Of a stretch of 64,000 nt of DNA, positions 62,528 to 64,000 are shown in pieces. The position numbers and the translations under genes were made by a program. This DNA is from Takakia lepidozioides (taxonomy: Eukaryota > Plantae > Bryophyta): assembly GCA_030704615.1 (NCBI GenBank), contig CM060732.1, forward strand, positions 74,152,001 through 74,216,000. The letters run 5' to 3'. Numbering within the stretch: position 1 is the first letter of the stretch; each line of letters starts with the position of its first letter. The notes beneath the pieces are model-generated. The model was not told the origin of the DNA and searched no databases. It worked only from the letters and a program-made list of their open reading frames with translations.

Positions 62528-64000
62528 TTATTTTTTCAATGTTAATATCTTCCATCTGGAACATATCCACACATGCGTATATAAAGACTTAAAAAACCAA
62601 ATGACCATCAAAACTGTAAGCTGGGGATGAGGCTTACAAAAGTGGAGATGGTCATTTGTTTTTTTAAGGATTTCTGCACACATGTGTGGGGAGCTGTCAT
62701 GCAGGGAAACACGAGGCTTCGAGAAGTTATCACGGTCTGCCCTGTGGGAATCTGAATCCAAACCAGGTGGAGTGTTCAATTTCCTCTTACAGGAGCCGAA
62801 TCTCTCCTCCCCTTCAAGATGTGGAACTCTAGAAACAAGTGGCGTTCCCTGGGCATACATGCTCACCGCCCGTGCTATCTTGATTGGATCCCTAGATCTG
62901 TTTGCAGCACGCAACATCAACTCTCATTTGTCCATACCCTTGCCACCAACCCCACCTTGTAAGAAATCACGATATCAGGTTTGTTGTTGCAAGGCACGTA
63001 TCAAATCATCTGTTGTTGCCACATACAAATCCCGACCTCGTTTCCCAGACTGCTGCAACCATGCGTTGTGCACAGTTTCTGCCAAATTGCAAGATGGCAT
63101 GTCCACCATTTCCTCAATGGACATGTTCTGTAAAGTGCAGAACCACACTTCAAAACAGTGAACAGAAAACAACATAAAGTAAGCGATGACACAATAAAAT
63201 GGAAAGCAAATGTATGAATGAAGCAATAAATATAAGCCTCGTACCAATGGCATGGCTGCTCCCTACTGTCTATACCGGAAGTGCCAAAACGCCAGCCAAT
63301 CTTCCAATGCTCTCATACTCTCAAGTGATGCAGCTCCAGATGAGAACCACCAGGCACGAATTGTCTGGAACAAAGTGTTCGCCTCCTTCATTGTTCTAGC
63401 ATCTTTGTACTCTTTGCACAATTTACGGTGCTGAGTCTGCATCTCTGGTTTGATGTCCGACTTTGTATGTTTTTCCAGAGATTGTGTCCAATGGAATAGA
63501 CATGTACGCTCTCTTCCTGGCATAGGCACTTTTGGGTCGCCCGATCCGAAGACAATATGAACAGCTTTGAAATTTGCTTGAGCACTATCCGTCATGAAAC
63601 CTGCGAAATTTGGAGACGGCAGCCCATGACACGTATCAGGGAATTCCACATGAGCTTCTGGGATTCCGTATCCTCGAATTGCATGTCACAAACTGCAATT
63701 GTCATAACTCGTTGGTACATTGGATCGTAGACATGACAAGCCATTGTTGTCCAATCCTTCACTCGTTTCACATGATCAAACATAAGAAAAGAGTTCTGCA
63801 AGTCCCCAGTCTTCTGCATCCGCTTCACGAGGCTAACCCCACTGCCCTCCCCAACAGTCAACATTTTGAAAAGAAAAACTTTGATGGCACCTTGACCTGG
63901 GAATACATTGTCCTGGATGTAATCGTACTTGCTCACTCGTTTCAATTCCAAAATGTTGTCTATGTAGCCTCTGATCCCAGAGCCCATTCTCAATGCATTG
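62528..64000 (-). pseudogene. Second MULE-type transposase (element B), paralog of 46806-50260, runs off the window
   Basis: FDHVKRVKDWTTMACHVYDP, FMTDSAQAN, CLFHW, CNLAETVH, LMLRAA. Frameshift at ~63630, TAG at 63263-63265, intron 63128-63244. Confidence 0.85.

Noticed and set aside
45844-64000. Endogenous giant virus, Polinton or Helitron
   Set aside because: No capsid, PolB, packaging ATPase or Rep/helicase motif seen. Spliceosomal introns and a DDE-like transposase fit a DNA transposon better.

Overview
Repeat-rich nuclear DNA from a land plant, probably a non-seed lineage (inferred from the TE families and gene divergence; not provable here). Two intact host genes are present: a 4-exon nucleoporin NDC1 (24199-27248, +) and an intronless calcium-dependent protein kinase (29112-30878, -). 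There is also a fragmented SMG8 pseudogene and a group II intron maturase domain-X fragment. The rest is nested transposons: CACTA remnant, L1-type LINE, tRNA-derived SINE, hAT MITE, Copia, hAT transposase, Ty3/Gypsy and large Mutator-like elements. The main result is two unrelated TE families that each carry their own DNA methyltransferase. (1) A Ty3/Gypsy family has the domain order gag-PR-C5 cytosine methyltransferase-RT-RNaseH-INT-PHD finger. (2) Large GCM-like/MULE/SWIM transposase elements carry an intron-containing gene whose C-terminus resembles a prokaryotic beta-class N4C/N6A amino-methyltransferase. That gene occurs in three diverged copies (about 33.7-34.7 kb, 51.5-55 kb, 56.4-59.6 kb). 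One element also has a protein kinase and an intronic array of six 24-bp palindromes, and two of the element ends share a GC hairpin. All family assignments come from motif recognition by eye; no database search was run.
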